This document shows positions 48,809-51,869 of a stretch of DNA of 51,869 nucleotides, piece after piece; positions within the stretch are counted from its first letter, which is position 1; the number at the start of each line of letters is the position of its first letter. The notes under the pieces were generated by a model. That model was not told the DNA's origin and did no database searches. It worked only from the letters and a program-made list of their open reading frames with translations. A program made the position numbers and the translations under genes. Origin of the DNA: Chthoniobacter flavus (GTDB taxonomy: Bacteria > Verrucomicrobiota > Verrucomicrobiia > Chthoniobacterales > Terrimicrobiaceae). The stretch lies in contig CAMDOJ010000001.1 in NCBI GenBank assembly GCA_945903555.1, positions 1-51,869 on the forward strand. Direction: 5' to 3'.

Positions 48809-50242
48809 ATGGCGCTTGATCGCATATTGGTGGTTGATGACACCCCTATCATTCGAAAAACCCTCGAGGAACAACTCCGAGGTAAGCGGTATGCTGTGTC
48901 CACGGCCGCTTCCTTGGCCGAGGCGGAAAAGCGATTTGCGTCGGGTCATTTCGATCTCGTGTTTTTGGATATGGAGCTTCCGGATGGCAACGGGAAGGTC
49001 TTTATCGAGAAGGTATCCCATTTAGAGGACAAGCCCCTCGTTGTCATGATCACGGCCAATGGGTCGGTCGAGACGGTGGTCGAGTGCATGCGCTCGGGGG
49101 CATTTGATTACGTTCAAAAGCCATTCTCAAAAATGCAGATTGATCTGGTCTTGAAGAAGGCTGCGGAATTCCAGCGCGCAGTGAAGGTGACGGATTTTCT
49201 CAATCGGGCGAGTATTTCCAACCGTGAGATCATCGGGAAAAGCCCCGTCATCGTTCAACTTCGGAATTTGATTAATCGGGTCGGACGAACCAATGCCACG
49301 GTGATGATCTGTGGTGAAAATGGAACCGGAAAAGAACTCGTCGCCAACGAAATTTTTCTCAATAGCAATCGCAGCAGCAAGCCGTTCATCAAGGTGAACT
49401 GCGCAGCCATTTCGGAAGCCCTCATCGAGAGCGAGTTTTTTGGACATGAGAAAGGCTCTTTCACTGGTGCGACCGACCAACGTGACGGGCGATTTGAGTT
49501 GGCGGACGGAGGCACGATCTTGCTGGATGAGGTGAGTGAAATCTCTCTCGGTCTTCAGGCGAAACTTCTGCGTGTCCTGCAAGAGCGCGAGTTCGAGAGG
49601 GTGGGGGGCAACAAGACGATCAAAGTGGATGTTCGTGTTTTGGCTACGACGAATCGTGACCTTTTAAAAGCCGTCGCCAAAGGGGAATTCCGCGAAGATC
49701 TTTACTATCGCTTGAATGTATTTCCTCTCAGCGTTCCGCCCTTGCGGGATCGTGTGGGTGATGTCGAGTTACTGGCGAATCACTTTCTTGAGCGATTTAC
49801 GCGGGAGCACGGTTTGAAAACGGGTGGCTTTTCTGACAGCGCAATGAAGGGGTTGCTGGCTCATCACTGGCCAGGGAATGTGCGCGAGTTGCAGAATGTC
49901 GTTGAGCGCGCCGCTATTCTCGCCGAAGAGAATGTGCCAATCAGCGCCGAATTGATGGGGCTTGTGGTACCGCCTGCTCTCGCCCCATCAGCCACCCCGG
50001 TTGCGGCTAAGGCGACCGCATTTGCGCCTGTTGAGCAATCTGTTCCCGTCGCGTCTCCGTCCACCAATGGCGCGGTGATCCCACTCCACGAGATGGAAAA
50101 GCAGGCTATCCTCGAAGCTTTGAAAAAAACGGATGGCAACCGCACGCATGCGGCCGAACTCCTTCAGATCAGCATTCGTACGCTGAGAAACAAGTTGGCC
50201 GAATACCGGGTTCAAGAAACTGAAGAGCCAACTCTGAACTGA
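48809..50242 (+). CDS. Sigma54-dependent response regulator (NtrC family: REC + AAA+ + Fis-type HTH).
   Basis: The REC domain shows ILVVDDTPIIRK...LVFLDMELPDGNG. The AAA+ domain shows Walker A GENGTGKE, GSFTGA (a GAFTGA variant) and LLDEVSE. The C-terminal HTH is AAELLQISIRTLRNKL. Confidence 0.92.
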   Translation: MALDRILVVDDTPIIRKTLEEQLRGKRYAVSTAASLAEAEKRFASGHFDLVFLDMELPDGNGKVFIEKVSHLEDKPLVVMITANGSVETVVECMRSGAFDYVQKPFSKMQIDLVLKKAAEFQRAVKVTDFLNRASISNREIIGKSPVIVQLRNLINRVGRTNATVMICGENGTGKELVANEIFLNSNRSSKPFIKVNCAAISEALIESEFFGHEKGSFTGATDQRDGRFELADGGTILLDEVSEISLGLQAKLLRVLQEREFERVGGNKTIKVDVRVLATTNRDLLKAVAKGEFREDLYYRLNVFPLSVPPLRDRVGDVELLANHFLERFTREHGLKTGGFSDSAMKGLLAHHWPGNVRELQNVVERAAILAEENVPISAELMGLVVPPALAPSATPVAAKATAFAPVEQSVPVASPSTNGAVIPLHEMEKQAILEALKKTDGNRTHAAELLQISIRTLRNKLAEYRVQETEEPTLN

Positions 50243-50253
50243 GAATCGCTTCG

Positions 50254-51869
50254 CTATCCCGAGTAGGTGCCGCTAGTGACGCCGACTTGGCTGCTCGCGT
50301 GAAGTTCCCGATACAGGTCCTTGCCGCTTTTGCGAGCTGTGAGCAACTCACGGTAGGCTTGGATGACAAGCTTGGTTTTCTGGCCGCTTTCTTCTAGCAA
50401 TTCGATGCGGAATCTCCGCAATCCCGCTTGGAGGAAGTCGGCGAAAAAGGCAGCTGCGGTTTGCGCTGTGGCGTGGAAAAGTGTGTTGCGGCATCCGACG
50501 TCCGCTCGGAGTGGATGCTCCACGCCGACGCGATCCTTCAAGTGCACGCGATGCTTATCGCATGGGCGACCGCAATTCGTGTGGTCGGTGCCATTGGAAA
50601 GAAAGGCAGCGAAGACGCAATGCTCCATGTGAAACATGGGCATGTGGTGGTGGATCGTAAGCTCAAACCAATCGGTTGGAGCCTGCTTAAGAATAGCGAG
50701 GATTTGAGAGGCATTGAGATCGTGGGAGAGGGTGAGTCGCTCCAAACCACGGGCCATGAAAACGGAAGCTGTCGCGGGGTTTGCGACATTGAGTGAAAAA
50801 TCCCCGATGAGGCGAAGCGGGCTTTCGGAAAAATGAGAAATTCCGCCAATGTTGCGAATTAGAACGCCGTCGGGTTTGGCATTCGCAATGAGTTTAAAAA
50901 ACCCTTCCTCGCCTGCTTTTTGGATTCGCGGGGTGGCGAGGAGGATTTGAGTGTTTCCGTGAGCCCGAGCCTGAGCCACCGCATCCTTGTAGCGGCGGAT
51001 GTCTTCATAATCGACGAGGATCTCTTCTGCACCCACATCGAGTGCCGCGAGGAGTTGTTCTTCCGAGCGGACGAGGACAGATAGTTTCGGAGCCGCAGTG
51101 GATGGAGCGCAAAATGTGGGGAGAACCGACTCGAGCGTGGCATGAGGTTTGGTTTCCCGCAGGGGAGACATCAGCTTCGCGACGAGTTCGCGGCGCATGC
51201 GATTCAACTCGGCGATGGGTAGAATGACAGCTTCTGGGAGATCAACGTCAAGCGTTCCCAAAAGAAACGGCGTACCGCCAAGTTTACCGAGTTGCATGCC
51301 AAGAGTGAGTTCGCAAAGCGGTCTAGTTCGGGCGGCTTCAAGCGGCATGCGGGAAAGAATACGATGGCCTTGGCAATCGATGAAAAGCGATTCGCCTACT
51401 CTGCCTCCCACCGAGATGTCGATGGGCTTGAGTCGGTTGGTGCGGGCTTCTAGATGGCCAGAAAATGTCTGTCGCAACGCGCGGTCAAGTGCGGGATCGC
51501 TTGTTTTCCAAACGCGTGATCCACGAGGGATTTTGGAGAATTGAATCTTGCCGTGTTCAAACGAGAGTTTGTTGCCTGAGACTTGGAAGAGTCGTCCGCC
51601 CTGCTCGTGCTCAGTATTTCCGCCAGTATCGAAAACAATGCCATCACCGGCCTTGAGTGGAACCGCGCAGGATTCCATCTCGACATGGTTGTGAGTGCAA
51701 GCGGAGACGAGTCCAACGAGAGCGCCACGTTTTTTGCCGAAGCGGGCGCCGACGAGTTCCTGATGGTTCACGCCATGCATCCAGCCCTGATATAGTCCAC
51801 GCGAAAATGTCATTTCGAGGCGATACCAATCTTCGGGAGCGGCTTTTTCAAAGCACCCACTCATTGCCG
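50254..51869 (-). CDS. Peptidase U32-family protein, probably truncated at its N-terminus by the window edge.
   Basis: The C-terminal half carries U32-type motifs (LLATPRI, HHHMPMFHMEHCVFAAF...CGRPC). The frame stays open upstream of the ATG at 51864 to the window end. The visible N-terminal part looks like the region that normally follows a first U32 domain. Confidence 0.85.
   Translation of the reverse strand, partial: AMSGCFEKAAPEDWYRLEMTFSRGLYQGWMHGVNHQELVGARFGKKRGALVGLVSACTHNHVEMESCAVPLKAGDGIVFDTGGNTEHEQGGRLFQVSGNKLSFEHGKIQFSKIPRGSRVWKTSDPALDRALRQTFSGHLEARTNRLKPIDISVGGRVGESLFIDCQGHRILSRMPLEAARTRPLCELTLGMQLGKLGGTPFLLGTLDVDLPEAVILPIAELNRMRRELVAKLMSPLRETKPHATLESVLPTFCAPSTAAPKLSVLVRSEEQLLAALDVGAEEILVDYEDIRRYKDAVAQARAHGNTQILLATPRIQKAGEEGFFKLIANAKPDGVLIRNIGGISHFSESPLRLIGDFSLNVANPATASVFMARGLERLTLSHDLNASQILAILKQAPTDWFELTIHHHMPMFHMEHCVFAAFLSNGTDHTNCGRPCDKHRVHLKDRVGVEHPLRADVGCRNTLFHATAQTAAAFFADFLQAGLRRFRIELLEESGQKTKLVIQAYRELLTARKSGKDLYRELHASSQVGVTSGTYSG

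Overview
This is a chromosomal, mostly core-genome window. The gene content suggests a PVC / Verrucomicrobiota-like bacterium; this rests on a divergent FtsZ, a MurC-MurB fusion and a dcw cluster carrying extra genes, and is an inference only. Content, left to right: gatB (truncated by the window edge), a cvpA-like gene, aroC, tRNA-His, aroD and yajC-secDF. A complete minus-strand dcw cluster spans 27013 to 8315: mraZ-rsmH-ftsL-ftsI-murE-murF-mraY-murD-[LysM protein]-ftsW-murG-murC::murB-ddl-ftsQ-ftsA-ftsZ. It is followed on the same strand by a 129-aa kinase-fold ORF coupled to a PP2C phosphatase. Next come a divergent control region (MraZ-box repeats and a TPP riboswitch), thiC, infC (non-canonical AUU-type start), a HAD hydrolase, a lipoprotein, leuB and mreB-mreC-mreD-mrdA-rng. 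From about 39.6 to 44.1 kb the sequence looks more AT-rich by eye and reads as accessory: a CBM9-like protein, orphan small ORFs, an acyltransferase and a histidine kinase / RsbW-like / receiver trio. The window ends with tatA, a Gly-zipper lipoprotein, a Tat-exported PhoX-like protein, pyrE, a thioredoxin-like protein, an orphan repeat-containing protein divergent from a sigma54 (NtrC-type) activator, and a U32 peptidase truncated at the right edge. I found no CRISPR array, transposase, integrase, prophage or recognisable defence or toxin system. The best candidates for something undescribed are the mini-kinase/PP2C pair attached to the dcw cluster, the LysM protein embedded in it, and the orphan genes at 40.3-40.9 kb and 48.0-48.7 kb. 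All of these are hypotheses that need homology, structure and synteny checks I cannot run.
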